This document shows, in pieces, positions 1 to 10,708 of a stretch of DNA of 64,000 nucleotides (position 1 is its first letter; each line of letters opens with the position of its first letter). The DNA comes from a bacterium (GTDB lineage Bacteria; SM23-31). The notes below the pieces were generated by a model, which searched no databases, was not told the DNA's origin, and was given only the letters and a program-made list of their open reading frames with translations. The DNA lies in the NCBI GenBank assembly GCA_965249485.1, contig OZ252239.1, positions 3,616,001 to 3,680,000 of the forward strand, given 5' to 3'. Position numbers and translations under genes: made by a program.

Positions 1-1
1 C

Positions 2-205
<204 letters not shown>

Positions 206-217
206 CGGTTACGTATT

Positions 218-631
218 GTGACATATATTAAACAAAATATTCGGACTAACAAGCCAAGAACCAAAGGGCAGCGGGCATGGTCTCAAGCAAGGCCTGTTCA
301 GAAACAGACCCGGGAAGCTCTACCCCTGAATCCCCCTGTTTCAATGTTGAAGGTATTGTTTCCTTTGGTCGGTATATGCAGCGCATTTATCCTGCTGATC
401 TGGCTACAAATTCGGATAGATGAAACATCCAGGGTGATTACGGATTTAGAGCAGAGCATCAAAGACCAGATAAGTAAAAATCAGTATACCGCTCAGGAAC
501 TGGATAGAGCGTCGTCCTATGCGTTGATTTATCACAGTGCACAAACCAGGTTCGGAATGGATCTTCCAAAGGGATCTAAGGTGTTTTTGTATGTTCCTGA
601 TGAAATTCTGTTATTAAAAGGTCAACAATAA
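218..631 (+). CDS. ftsL: Cell division protein FtsL-like
   Basis: Basic N-terminus, one TM helix, then a coiled coil; lies between rsmH and ftsI. Confidence 0.7.
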   Translation: MTYIKQNIRTNKPRTKGQRAWSQARPVQKQTREALPLNPPVSMLKVLFPLVGICSAFILLIWLQIRIDETSRVITDLEQSIKDQISKNQYTAQELDRASSYALIYHSAQTRFGMDLPKGSKVFLYVPDEILLLKGQQ

Positions 632-648
632 ATTACAATAAGAGATAT

Positions 649-2751
649 ATGTTTACTGGTTCCCGACTAAAATTACTTGGAATATTTGTTGCAACCGTTT
701 GGTGTGTATTGGCGTGCCGTCTCTTCTACATTCAGGTCTACCACGGCAACACTTTTGAAAGTCTCGGCAAAAGCCAGCATTTACGCGAAGAAATCCTGCA
801 GCCTCTGCGGGGATCTATACTTGACAGATACGGAAAAATACTTTCAACCGATCTTGCATATTACGAATTTGCCGCAGAACCACCGCGCGTAAAAAATTCC
901 CGACAAGTGGCGTCGGTCTTTGCTTCCGCCCTCGGCAAGCCGCAGTCACAGTACTTGGAGAAGCTGAATCAAAACAGAAAATTCGTTTACCTCGACAGAA
1001 AAGTACCTGCACAAAAAGCTGATATAATCCTAAATGAAAATCTGCGCGGTGTTTATTACACTGCTGAATATAAACGGTTTTATCCTGATGGAGAAATAAC
1101 CGGTCCACTCGTTGGCTTTACTAATATTGACAATCTCGGCATAGAAGGTTTGGAGTATAAATTTGATTCGGTACTTACAGGAACATCCGGCAAAGAAATT
1201 GTCACTACAGATGCTCTCGGAAATCTTAAAAAAGACTTTAACCATCCCGTCCAGAACGCGATCAACGGGAATTCAATAATAACAACGCTTGATCTTGATT
1301 GTCAAACGATTGCATATGAAGAATTAATAAATGCACTCAATGCGCACAATGCCATATCCGGAACAGTTATCCTTATGGATCCAAATACCAGTGAAGTATT
1401 GGCAATGGTCACTCTCCCCTCTTTCGACAGCAACAATCCGGCGGAAGCTCCCGTACATCTGAGAAAAAATCGGAGTATTAATGATACTTTCGAGCCCGGA
1501 TCAATATTCAAGCTTGTGACAGCGGCCGCTGCATTTGAGCATGGTACCGTGAAATCCGAAGATATGATTTATTGTGAAGACGGCAAATATAAGATTGGAA
1601 ACAGAACTCTTCATGATTCGAAACCGCACGGCCTCTTGAGCGCGAATGAGGTCTTCGAGTATTCAAGTAATATTGGAACATACAAGATTGCGGAAAAAAT
1701 CGGTAGCGATCAACTTTACCGTTATGCTCGTAGGTTTGGTTTCGGAACGGAAACAGGGATAGATTTAAATGGTGAATCTACTGGAATAGTGAGAACTACC
1801 GATAAGTGGTCTAATCACTCCCTTGCGTCATTTGCAATCGGTCAGGAAGTAACGGTCAATGCTCTGCAAATACTTAATGCATTTGCAGCAATAGCCAATG
1901 GCGGGACGCTGATGAAGCCGCATATAGTCAAAGCTATTATCGATGAGGCGGGAACTATTGTTAGTAAATATGAACCGCAAAAAATTAGACGGGTTGTTTC
2001 GAGCAGTACTGCACAGAAATTAACCGAAATTTTTGAAGGTGTCGTTGATCATGGAACTGGCGTCAGGGCACAAATGCCAGGGGGACTGCTTGCAGGTAAA
2101 ACAGGAACAGCACAGAAAGTTGATCCTGATACGAGAGCATATTCAAACACAAATTATGTTGCCTCATTTGTCGGTTATTACCCTTCCCGCAATTCTAAAA
2201 TTGTTGGCATTGCGCTCCTTGATTCTCCAGAAGGTGGACATATTGGCGGAATAGTTGCCGCACCAATTTTGAAAAACATATTTATGCGTATTATGCACAA
2301 TCCGAGAAGTAGCTTGTTTGCTTCATTTACACAGCTTTCCGAGAGTGATGAAACATCCCTTTCCCTCTGGGATCGAATTAAAGATTTTTGGGGAACAACC
2401 GAGACAGCATTAGCAGGAAGCATTTCTGACAACGAACCTTTACAATATTCTTTCTATTCTTCTCCATCTGTTTCAGAAGTTGATTCTGATGAATCGGTTT
2501 ATGTGCCGGTTGACAAAAAGATGCCTCCACCTATTCCAATGGCAATAAAAGAACAAGATAACCCAATTGAGTTAACAATACCCGATGTACGCGGTCTGTC
2601 TATTCGGGATGCGGTAACACTCCTAACACAGAGCGGCCTTGATTTTGAAATTAATTGTTCCGGGATTGTAACAAAGCAATCACCGCAGCCCGGTAAGCAG
2701 TTGTTACGCGGATCCGTCGTCTATTTATCCGGCAAAACCGATGAATATTAA
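649..2751 (+). CDS. ftsI: Class B penicillin-binding protein with C-terminal PASTA domain
   Basis: N-terminal TM; RGSILDR; SxxK (GSIFK), SxN (SSN) and KTGT motifs; PASTA-like IPDVRGLS...QSPQPG; dcw position. Confidence 0.93.
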   Translation: MFTGSRLKLLGIFVATVWCVLACRLFYIQVYHGNTFESLGKSQHLREEILQPLRGSILDRYGKILSTDLAYYEFAAEPPRVKNSRQVASVFASALGKPQSQYLEKLNQNRKFVYLDRKVPAQKADIILNENLRGVYYTAEYKRFYPDGEITGPLVGFTNIDNLGIEGLEYKFDSVLTGTSGKEIVTTDALGNLKKDFNHPVQNAINGNSIITTLDLDCQTIAYEELINALNAHNAISGTVILMDPNTSEVLAMVTLPSFDSNNPAEAPVHLRKNRSINDTFEPGSIFKLVTAAAAFEHGTVKSEDMIYCEDGKYKIGNRTLHDSKPHGLLSANEVFEYSSNIGTYKIAEKIGSDQLYRYARRFGFGTETGIDLNGESTGIVRTTDKWSNHSLASFAIGQEVTVNALQILNAFAAIANGGTLMKPHIVKAIIDEAGTIVSKYEPQKIRRVVSSSTAQKLTEIFEGVVDHGTGVRAQMPGGLLAGKTGTAQKVDPDTRAYSNTNYVASFVGYYPSRNSKIVGIALLDSPEGGHIGGIVAAPILKNIFMRIMHNPRSSLFASFTQLSESDETSLSLWDRIKDFWGTTETALAGSISDNEPLQYSFYSSPSVSEVDSDESVYVPVDKKMPPPIPMAIKEQDNPIELTIPDVRGLSIRDAVTLLTQSGLDFEINCSGIVTKQSPQPGKQLLRGSVVYLSGKTDEY

Positions 2752-2863
2752 TGTATGGATTTGCTGATTACTTATTAAAAGATTCATTGAAAATTATCTA
2801 TGTTAATTGTTGGAATGTTTAGGATAATCTGAAGATGTACAGTAAGCGGCTTTTGAACCATAA

Positions 2864-4336
2864 TTGTTACGTATGAAACGTCTATCTGATTTACTGAGCG
2901 GAGTTGATATTATTCAGCAATCCGGAGATAGTACTGTTCAAATACGAGAGATTCAGTACGATTCCCGAGAAGTGTCCCCAGGTGATCTGTTCGTAGCCAT
3001 CAAGGGGGGAACCTATGATGGTCACGAATATATTGATGCAGCAATCCGGCGAAGGGCGAGTGCTGTTGTCGGTAACAATCCTCCTCCCGACGACAGAATA
3101 CCCTATGTACAGGTCGGAAACACCCGTAAAGTTTTAGCCGAAATAGCGGCAGCATTTTACGGACATCCCGGACGTTCACTTTCTCTGATCGGCATTACAG
3201 GAACAAATGGCAAAACCTCTACCGCATTTCTTATTGAAAGCATCCTGAAACAACATGGGCTGCGGACGGGTTTGCTCGGTACTGTTATGTATAGAATCGG
3301 AGATGAAGATCGGACCGCGGATTGGACAACGCCGGAGTCAACAACACTGCAGCAATTACTTGCTGTCATGCTCGAGGCTACCACAGAAACTGTTGTGATG
3401 GAGCTGTCTTCACATGCGCTCGATCAATACAGGGCTGAAGGGCTGGCATTCAGGTTGGCTGTTTTTACCAATCTGACTCAAGATCATCTGGACTACCACC
3501 GGTCTATGGCAGACTACGCAGCCGCAAAGCAGCGATTGTTTGCACAGGTCGATGCCGTTAAGGGCGAAAATATAATTAACGGTGACGACACCCGAAGCAG
3601 AGAGATGATTCAAGTGAATCATAGACCGGTCTTTACTTATTCTGCCACTGCGGGGAAGGCTGATGTCTTCCCCGTTAGTGCGGAATATTCGAGCAGGGGT
3701 AGCACACTGGTACTTCGAACATCGGATGGAGACATAGTACTCAATACTCTCCTACCCGGCAAACACAATGTTTATAATATCATGGCGGCTGTGTCAGCAG
3801 GAATATGCCTGAATATCCCTCTTGAGCAAATTAAAAACGGAATCGAAGCTGTTACAACCATTCCTGGACGACTTGAGCACATTGACGAAGGCCAGCCGTT
3901 CAGCGTTCTGGTCGATTATGCTCATACTCCTGATGCAATGGAAATCGTGATCACATCCTTGAAGCAAGTAACCTCCGGCAGTCTCATTGTATTGTTCGGC
4001 TGCGGCGGAGACCGTGACAAAGGGAAGCGGCCATTGATGGGATCAATTGCCGATACCTACGCAGACACCGCTATTCTGACAACCGATAATCCTCGAACTG
4101 AGGATCCTGAGCAGATCATACAAGACACATTGCAGGGTGTTACGAACCGAGATAAGATGATGATAGTACTCGACAGGAGTGATGCAATACAAACAGCGTT
4201 AGACCGTGCAAGTGATGATGACTGCGTTTTAATACTCGGTAAGGGACATGAGCAGTACCAGTTGATAGGAAAAGAGAAGCTCCCCTTTGACGACAGGCAG
4301 ATTACTCGGGAGTTATTACATAAAAAATACAATTAA
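2864..4336 (+). CDS. murE: UDP-MurNAc-dipeptide:meso-DAP ligase
   Basis: GITGTNGKT, MELSSHAL, NLTQDHLDYH, VDYAHTPD, DNPR (mDAP-specificity motif), GKGHE; the start may be ATG 2873. Confidence 0.96.
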   Translation: MLRMKRLSDLLSGVDIIQQSGDSTVQIREIQYDSREVSPGDLFVAIKGGTYDGHEYIDAAIRRRASAVVGNNPPPDDRIPYVQVGNTRKVLAEIAAAFYGHPGRSLSLIGITGTNGKTSTAFLIESILKQHGLRTGLLGTVMYRIGDEDRTADWTTPESTTLQQLLAVMLEATTETVVMELSSHALDQYRAEGLAFRLAVFTNLTQDHLDYHRSMADYAAAKQRLFAQVDAVKGENIINGDDTRSREMIQVNHRPVFTYSATAGKADVFPVSAEYSSRGSTLVLRTSDGDIVLNTLLPGKHNVYNIMAAVSAGICLNIPLEQIKNGIEAVTTIPGRLEHIDEGQPFSVLVDYAHTPDAMEIVITSLKQVTSGSLIVLFGCGGDRDKGKRPLMGSIADTYADTAILTTDNPRTEDPEQIIQDTLQGVTNRDKMMIVLDRSDAIQTALDRASDDDCVLILGKGHEQYQLIGKEKLPFDDRQITRELLHKKYN

Positions 4337-4390
4337 TTATTAATCGATTGAAATTCAAAATCAGACACTGGGAACAGGGCACTTCTAATA

Positions 4391-5785
4391 ATGAGCAGTA
4401 TGACGCTCCAAGATTTTTTGCTCCTCAGCGATGTAAACGTTTTCATACCGAATGACTCGGAGCAAAAGAATCTGACCGGTGTTTCGATAGACTCTCGCAC
4501 GGTTTGTGACGGGAATGTGTTCTTTGCCATTCAGGGGGAGCGGTTTGACGGACATGACTTTTTGACCGACGTCATTGCGAAAGGCATATCCGCTGTTGTA
4601 GTACATAGTGACTGGGAATCTCCGTCAGACAAACAGTGGGAATTTGTTGCCATTATTCGTGTAGAAGACACGACAAAAGCGCTCGGTGAATATGCCGCAA
4701 ATTTTCGCAATAAGTTTGATATTCCTGTTGTCGGTATCACCGGAACCAACGGAAAAACCACAACAAAGGAAATGGCGGCCTTGGTTTTGTCACAGCAGAT
4801 GGAAACAGTAAAGACTCAGGGAAACTTTAACAATCAATTTGGTCTGCCGTTAACACTTTTTCAGATTTCTGATACGACGGAGGCCGCGGTAGTTGAATTA
4901 GGTGCGAGTTTTCCCGGTGAGATAGCAATGCTGAGTAAAATTGCACAACCGACGCATGGAATCATCACCAATATCGGCAAAGGTCATATGGAATTTTTCA
5001 AGTCGATTGAAGAAGTGACACGGACAAAAGCAGCACTGATCGAAGCGCTACCTGCCAACGGAACCGGGATTGTCAATGGAGATGATGAATCGCTGAAGCC
5101 GATATACGAAGAACTGAATACGGTAATGACATTCGGATTCGGGAAAAATGTCGATTTCCGGGGTGATTCGGCAAAAATGGATAAACGTGGTTGCTATTCG
5201 TTTATGGTGAACGGATCGTATCGGGTGTCACTCAATGTTCCGGGACGCAACAATATGTATAACGCACTGGCGGCAGTGGCGGCAGGAACGGTTTTGAATA
5301 TGGATGAAACATTGATTGTTAAAGGAATTCAAGCATATAAAAGCTTCACACAACGGACTGAAATAACCGAATGGAGCGGTGTAACGATTATTAATGACTC
5401 GTATAATGCTAATCCTGATTCAACAGAGGCTGCTCTTGAGTTGCTGGCTGAGTATCCGGGTGAAACCGGGTGCAGGCGATTTGCTGTCTTGGGCAATATG
5501 TTGGAGCTTGGCGCTATGAGCCGGATAGAGCATGAGTTGATCGGGCATTCTGCTGTAAGGTATGAAGTTGACACAATTATTACTGTTGGAAATGAAGCAC
5601 AATATATTGTTGATGCTGCACAAAGTGATGGCCACAAAGATTCTGTTCATTGTAGTAATCACAATGACGCAGCAGATTTATTATCCCGTGAGTTGCAAGC
5701 AGGAGACATACTGCTCATTAAAGGCTCCCGAGGCTGCAGAATGGAAATGGTGCTTGAATATCTTTTTGAATACACTCTTTCCTGA
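4391..5785 (+). CDS. murF: UDP-MurNAc-tripeptide:D-Ala-D-Ala ligase
   Basis: GITGTNGKTTTK, NFNNQFGLP, NDSYNANP, KGSRG. Confidence 0.96.
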   Translation: MSSMTLQDFLLLSDVNVFIPNDSEQKNLTGVSIDSRTVCDGNVFFAIQGERFDGHDFLTDVIAKGISAVVVHSDWESPSDKQWEFVAIIRVEDTTKALGEYAANFRNKFDIPVVGITGTNGKTTTKEMAALVLSQQMETVKTQGNFNNQFGLPLTLFQISDTTEAAVVELGASFPGEIAMLSKIAQPTHGIITNIGKGHMEFFKSIEEVTRTKAALIEALPANGTGIVNGDDESLKPIYEELNTVMTFGFGKNVDFRGDSAKMDKRGCYSFMVNGSYRVSLNVPGRNNMYNALAAVAAGTVLNMDETLIVKGIQAYKSFTQRTEITEWSGVTIINDSYNANPDSTEAALELLAEYPGETGCRRFAVLGNMLELGAMSRIEHELIGHSAVRYEVDTIITVGNEAQYIVDAAQSDGHKDSVHCSNHNDAADLLSRELQAGDILLIKGSRGCRMEMVLEYLFEYTLS

Positions 5786-5855
5786 CATTTTATCAGATTA
5801 TAAAGAGTGTTGAAAGTCTTCGTAAAGCGATATTGGTTATTTCATAGAAGATAAT

Positions 5856-7238
5856 GTGGATAGTACAAAAATCACGGTTCATAATAAAAAGTTTGCAGTG
5901 CTCGGGGGGGGGCGCAGCGGATCAGCTGCAGCCAGGCTGCTTCTGAAACACGGCGCTTATGTTTTTTTGAGTGACAGTACAATTTCATCAGATTTAAAGA
6001 ATATATGTGATGCAATAGCACAACAAAATTCGGAAAGATTTGAATTTGAATTAGCGCACCATTCAGATAAAATTTTCGAGTACTCTGACGCATGTATTGT
6101 CAGTCCGGGTATCGGACTCGATGTTCCGATAATTGCTCAGACACAGGAGCGCGGCATACCGGTTTATGGGGAGTTAGAGCTCGCATCACGTTTTTGCACG
6201 AATCCCCTCATTGCCGTTACCGGAACAAACGGAAAATCGACCGTTGTCATGATGCTCGATTCGATATTCAATTCGGCTGAAAAACCGAGACGTGTTGTAG
6301 GCAACATCGGCAATGCATTTGCTGATGAAGTTGATGATCTTGAACTTGATGAAACAGTGATTCTGGAGGTTTCGAGTTTTCAATTGGAAACGATAGAGAC
6401 GTTTCATCCAAATACAGCAGTAATTTTAAACGTATCGCCAGACCATATGTACCGGCATAATACCATGGAAGACTATGTCAGCAGTAAGCTTCGTATCGGA
6501 GAGAATCAGACAGAAGAAGATGTGTTGATCTTCAATCATAACGATCCTTATCTGCAAAAGATTACCGCTTCGGGAAGAGCGACTCGATGGTGGTTTGATA
6601 ATGAACATGCAGTTGACCGGGGAGCAGGCGTCAGAAACGACATCTTGTATCTCTACGACAACGGAAAAGAAAAAGAGGTTTTACCGATCCGGGAGCTGCC
6701 TGTTGCAGGTCCGCATAATGTTGCGAACGCACTTGCCGCTGCCGCTGCGGCCGGGTTTTCAGAGATAAATGTAGAACACATTCGAAATGGATTGAAGAAT
6801 TTCAAAGGGCTGGAACATCGGCTTGAAGATGTCGGGACTATAAACGGAATAACTTTTATCAACGACTCAAAGGCGACAAACATCGATGCTTTAATGGTCG
6901 CTCTCAGATCATTCAAAAAACCCGTAACACTCATTGCAGGAGGTACAGATAAAGGAAGTGATTTATCGATTGCAAACACTCTTATAGAGGACAAGGTTAA
7001 AAATCTGATTCTTATTGGTGAAGCAGCAGATAGAATGGAAAACGTCTGGAGTGATCTGGTTGATACATTAGCCAAGTTGAAAAGTTTGCACGATGCAATT
7101 TCGAGCGCATTTGTGAATGCTGACGAAGGTGATGTTATTCTTCTCTCCCCCGGTTGTGCAAGCTTTGATATGTTTTCCAGCTTTGAAGAACGGGGTAAAG
7201 TCTTTAAACATATTGTGAAATCATTACGAAAACACTAG
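5856..7238 (+). CDS. murD: UDP-MurNAc-L-Ala:D-Glu ligase
   Basis: SPGI, GTNGKST, GNIG, EVSSFQL, NDSKATN, SPGCASFDMF. Confidence 0.96.
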   Translation: MDSTKITVHNKKFAVLGGGRSGSAAARLLLKHGAYVFLSDSTISSDLKNICDAIAQQNSERFEFELAHHSDKIFEYSDACIVSPGIGLDVPIIAQTQERGIPVYGELELASRFCTNPLIAVTGTNGKSTVVMMLDSIFNSAEKPRRVVGNIGNAFADEVDDLELDETVILEVSSFQLETIETFHPNTAVILNVSPDHMYRHNTMEDYVSSKLRIGENQTEEDVLIFNHNDPYLQKITASGRATRWWFDNEHAVDRGAGVRNDILYLYDNGKEKEVLPIRELPVAGPHNVANALAAAAAAGFSEINVEHIRNGLKNFKGLEHRLEDVGTINGITFINDSKATNIDALMVALRSFKKPVTLIAGGTDKGSDLSIANTLIEDKVKNLILIGEAADRMENVWSDLVDTLAKLKSLHDAISSAFVNADEGDVILLSPGCASFDMFSSFEERGKVFKHIVKSLRKH

Positions 7239-7265
7239 CAATATTTTTTGATATAAAAAAAGGTT

Positions 7266-8420
7266 ATGTACAAAAAAAATTCAACAGACTACACTCTTTT
7301 TATCACCATATTTGTTCTTGTAGCAATTGGGATTGTTATGGTGTATAGTGCAAGTTTTGCAGTTGCATCTTCTAAATTCGACGACGCTCATTTCTTCTTG
7401 AAACGCCATTTATTGCGCGTCTGTTTTGGCATAATAATTATGCTTTTCTTATCAAGAATCAATTATCAAGTGTTCTCAAAGTGCGCAATATTTGGATTAT
7501 ATGTCTCGTTTGGCCTCTTATTCTATATGGTTTTCATTCAATCCGGTACGGTTAAAAGTGCCAACAGATGGATTGAGATTGGATCATTCTCGTTTCAACC
7601 GTCGGAATTTGCGAAATACGCTCTAATCCTCTATCTCGCAGACACTCTGACAAGAAAGCGTGAAAAACTCTGGAGTCTTGTTGATGGATATCTCCCGTTA
7701 TTTTTAATTGTTTTGGGAATTGTGTTTTTGATTTTTCTTGAACCGGACTTTTCAAGTGCGGTGTTTTTGACGGCAATTGCATTTATGCTATTTTACATTG
7801 GCCAAATAAGAATAAAACACCTCGCTCTGACCGGATTGGCTGCCATTCCTGTTGCATACGGTGCAGTATTGAATTCACCGTACCGTATTCAGCGGCTAAT
7901 GGGATTCCTCAATCCCCAGACCGATTTATTAGGCAGTAACTATCAGATTAATCAATCACTTATAAGTCTCGGGAGCGGCGGCGTATTCGGTGTAGGAATC
8001 GGCAACAGCAAAGAGAAACTGCTCTACCTTCCGGAGCCGTTTACCGATTTTATATTTTCGATAATCGGCGAAGAATTCGGTTTCATCGGCACTTTTATTG
8101 TTTTGACACTATTTCTGATATTTTTCTGGCGCGGTATCGTTATTGCCCAACGTGCGCATGACCCGTTTGGTTCACTCCTGGCGATAGGTATAACCATCAG
8201 CATTGTTCTTGCAGCCTTTGTCAATGTTGGTGTCGTGAGCGGGCTGCTTCCGACAACCGGTCTGTCTATACCCTTCATCAGTTACGGCGGAACATCGCTG
8301 CTATGCTCGCTGGGCGCGTGCGGCATCTTGCTAAACATAGCGAGACAGAAAAGTCTGAAACAGGTAAAAAGGAAATCTAAACAACAAAGATATGCAACAC
8401 AGTATACGAAAACTGTGTAA
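7266..8420 (+). CDS. ftsW: SEDS family peptidoglycan polymerase FtsW
   Basis: Multi-TM; RWI, FQPSEFAK, LPEPFTDFIF, PFISYGG. Confidence 0.95.
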   Translation: MYKKNSTDYTLFITIFVLVAIGIVMVYSASFAVASSKFDDAHFFLKRHLLRVCFGIIIMLFLSRINYQVFSKCAIFGLYVSFGLLFYMVFIQSGTVKSANRWIEIGSFSFQPSEFAKYALILYLADTLTRKREKLWSLVDGYLPLFLIVLGIVFLIFLEPDFSSAVFLTAIAFMLFYIGQIRIKHLALTGLAAIPVAYGAVLNSPYRIQRLMGFLNPQTDLLGSNYQINQSLISLGSGGVFGVGIGNSKEKLLYLPEPFTDFIFSIIGEEFGFIGTFIVLTLFLIFFWRGIVIAQRAHDPFGSLLAIGITISIVLAAFVNVGVVSGLLPTTGLSIPFISYGGTSLLCSLGACGILLNIARQKSLKQVKRKSKQQRYATQYTKTV

Positions 8421-8456
8421 CATTCTTGAAACATTGAGAACTGTTGTAATTCAAGT

Positions 8457-9842
8457 ATGCGATTTGGTAAAATTAAACATCTCCATTTTGTGGGAATTGG
8501 CGGTGCGGGTATGAATGGACTTGCGGAGATTATGGTAAATCTTGGATTCCATGTAAGCGGCTCGGACATGATCGAAAGCGCTGTTACTCGTCGTCTCAAA
8601 GATCTCGGGGCGGATATCGTTTATGATCATCGTACCGAAAACATTTCGGATCCGGACGTTGTGATTTATTCTGCCGCCGTACCGAAAAATAATCCTGAAA
8701 TTGTTGAAGCTAATAAGCGGAGTATTCCTGTCATCAGCAGAGCAATTATGCTTGCGGAGCTGATGCGCTTGAAATATGGGATCTGTATTGCAGGCACGCA
8801 TGGAAAGACAACGACAACCTCAATGGTCGGCCAAATATTGACCGGCGGGGGACTTGATCCAACAATCGTGGTCGGAGGTAAAGTTAAGAGCCTGCAATCA
8901 CATGTCCGCCACGGTACCGGAGACTACATCGTAACCGAGGCAGATGAGTTCAACCGCTCATTTCTAACATTGAGTCCCACTATCGCGGTTATTACGACGC
9001 TGGAGCAGGAACACCTTGATTCGTATGATGAGCTAGAGTCATTGCAGGATGCTTTTTATGAATTTGCGGCAAAAGTTCCTTTTTACGGCAGTATTATCGC
9101 CTGTCTCGATGATAAAGCTGTCCGTGACATTCTGCCGAAACTCGAACGACGAATCATTACCTATGGTGATCATCCTGATGCTGATTATAAGCCGGAAGAT
9201 GTCCAGTTTGAGCAATTCAAATCGTTATTTATGGTTCGTAGAAAAGGTGAATCGCTCGGCTACTTTACGATTCCCCAGCCGGGACTCCATAATATAAAAA
9301 ACGCTATTGCGTCTATTGCAGTCGGGCAGGAACTGGATGTTCCATTGGAAAAAATCCGGATTGCATTACATGAGTTTAGCGGAGTTTTTCGGAGATTTGA
9401 GTTGAAAGACGAAATAGACGATGTGATGATCATTGATGATTATGCACACCATCCGACTGAGGTCAAAGCGTGTCTCAGCGGTGCGCGGAGCGGCTGGAAG
9501 GACAGAAAAATCACCGCGATCTTTCAACCCCATCTTTACAGTAGGACAAGGGATTTTTATCAAGAGTTTGGGGAGAGTTTCAACGATGCAGATTCGGTCA
9601 TTATTTCGAGTATTTATCCGGCACGTGAAAAACCGATCGAGGGTGTAACGGGAGAACTTATAGCGCAATGGGCCCATTCTCACGGACATAAAGACGCACG
9701 TTATATTCCGGAAAAGGCAGATATTATCAATGATGCTGCTGAGAATGCAAAACCGGGTGATATTATCATTACGCTCGGCGCCGGAGATGTGTGGGACATC
9801 AGTGAGAGGATAATTCTCAAATTAAAGAAGAGACATCTATAA
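8457..9842 (+). CDS. murC: UDP-MurNAc:L-Ala ligase
   Basis: GIGGAGM, GTHGKTTT, EADE, DDYAHHPTE, FQPH, LGAGD. Confidence 0.96.
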   Translation: MRFGKIKHLHFVGIGGAGMNGLAEIMVNLGFHVSGSDMIESAVTRRLKDLGADIVYDHRTENISDPDVVIYSAAVPKNNPEIVEANKRSIPVISRAIMLAELMRLKYGICIAGTHGKTTTTSMVGQILTGGGLDPTIVVGGKVKSLQSHVRHGTGDYIVTEADEFNRSFLTLSPTIAVITTLEQEHLDSYDELESLQDAFYEFAAKVPFYGSIIACLDDKAVRDILPKLERRIITYGDHPDADYKPEDVQFEQFKSLFMVRRKGESLGYFTIPQPGLHNIKNAIASIAVGQELDVPLEKIRIALHEFSGVFRRFELKDEIDDVMIIDDYAHHPTEVKACLSGARSGWKDRKITAIFQPHLYSRTRDFYQEFGESFNDADSVIISSIYPAREKPIEGVTGELIAQWAHSHGHKDARYIPEKADIINDAAENAKPGDIIITLGAGDVWDISERIILKLKKRHL

Positions 9843-9876
9843 TGCAGGAAACTGTAATCGTTGGATAGAATATCAG

Positions 9877-10662
9877 ATGAAAAAAAGAAACGGAAAGAAA
9901 ACGAAGCTTAAAGACCTTCTCAGAAAGTTGAAACAAACAGCTTATTTGGCAACGGCCGGTACTGCTCTTTATTTCCTCGTAATTGGTGTGAATTATTGGA
10001 TACATAACTCCGGAATATTTCAATTGAGCCAGATTGAAGTGAGCGGGACACGGTTTATGTCTCCAGAGGAGTTGTCTGCACTGATTCCGGTTGAACCGGA
10101 TGGTACGATTCTAGATTTGGACATTGAATCGATAAAAAGAAAATTGGAAGAACAGCCATTTGTCAGAACTGCTTCCATCGGGAGAAAATTTCCCGGAATT
10201 TTAAAACTGAATATTGATGAGCGTGTTCCCGTTGCTATGATTGTTTTGCGGAAGATCTTTTTTATTGATGAAGAGGGATATTTACTGCCGAAGCGACTGC
10301 GGGGTTCGAACTCTGCAGATTTTCCGATCATTTCCGGGATTCAACTGCCGCAGCAAAAGCCAGGGACACTCATTACCGATGAAAGAATTTCTAAAGTGAT
10401 TTCATTCATAAATCTGGTACAAACATATTATCCGGGAATTTCTGCACATATTTCAGAAATTCTCTATAGGGGTGGTGGAAATTTGTCGCTTATATTATCC
10501 GGTAGCCTTACCCGTGTCAATTGCGGATCGGAAGATTACCGTTTTAAATTAGCGAAACTTGAATACTTTCTGAAGTATTGTGAAGAACAAAGAATTACCG
10601 AACGGCTGCGCACAATAAATCTGAATTACGAAAATCAAATTATCATTAAAGAGGCTGATTGA
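9877..10662 (+). CDS. ftsQ: Cell division protein FtsQ/DivIB
   Basis: TM followed by a POTRA-like segment (RKFPG.L...ERVPVA); directly before ftsA. Confidence 0.88.
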   Translation: MKKRNGKKTKLKDLLRKLKQTAYLATAGTALYFLVIGVNYWIHNSGIFQLSQIEVSGTRFMSPEELSALIPVEPDGTILDLDIESIKRKLEEQPFVRTASIGRKFPGILKLNIDERVPVAMIVLRKIFFIDEEGYLLPKRLRGSNSADFPIISGIQLPQQKPGTLITDERISKVISFINLVQTYYPGISAHISEILYRGGGNLSLILSGSLTRVNCGSEDYRFKLAKLEYFLKYCEEQRITERLRTINLNYENQIIIKEAD

Positions 10663-10708
10663 TCAGCGGAAATCTTTAACTGCATTTACGAAATGTAAGG
10701 AGTTTCAT

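Noticed and set aside
5740..5855. mraY remnant (MurF tail LEYLFEY resembles some MraY N-termini)
   Set aside because: The segment is in frame as the normal last helix of MurF after KGSRG, and no further MraY-like sequence is recognisable in the 70-bp gap.
5904..5912. Phase-variable poly-G tract in murD
   Set aside because: G9 is in frame and encodes the Gly-rich motif of an essential enzyme, so ON/OFF switching is implausible.
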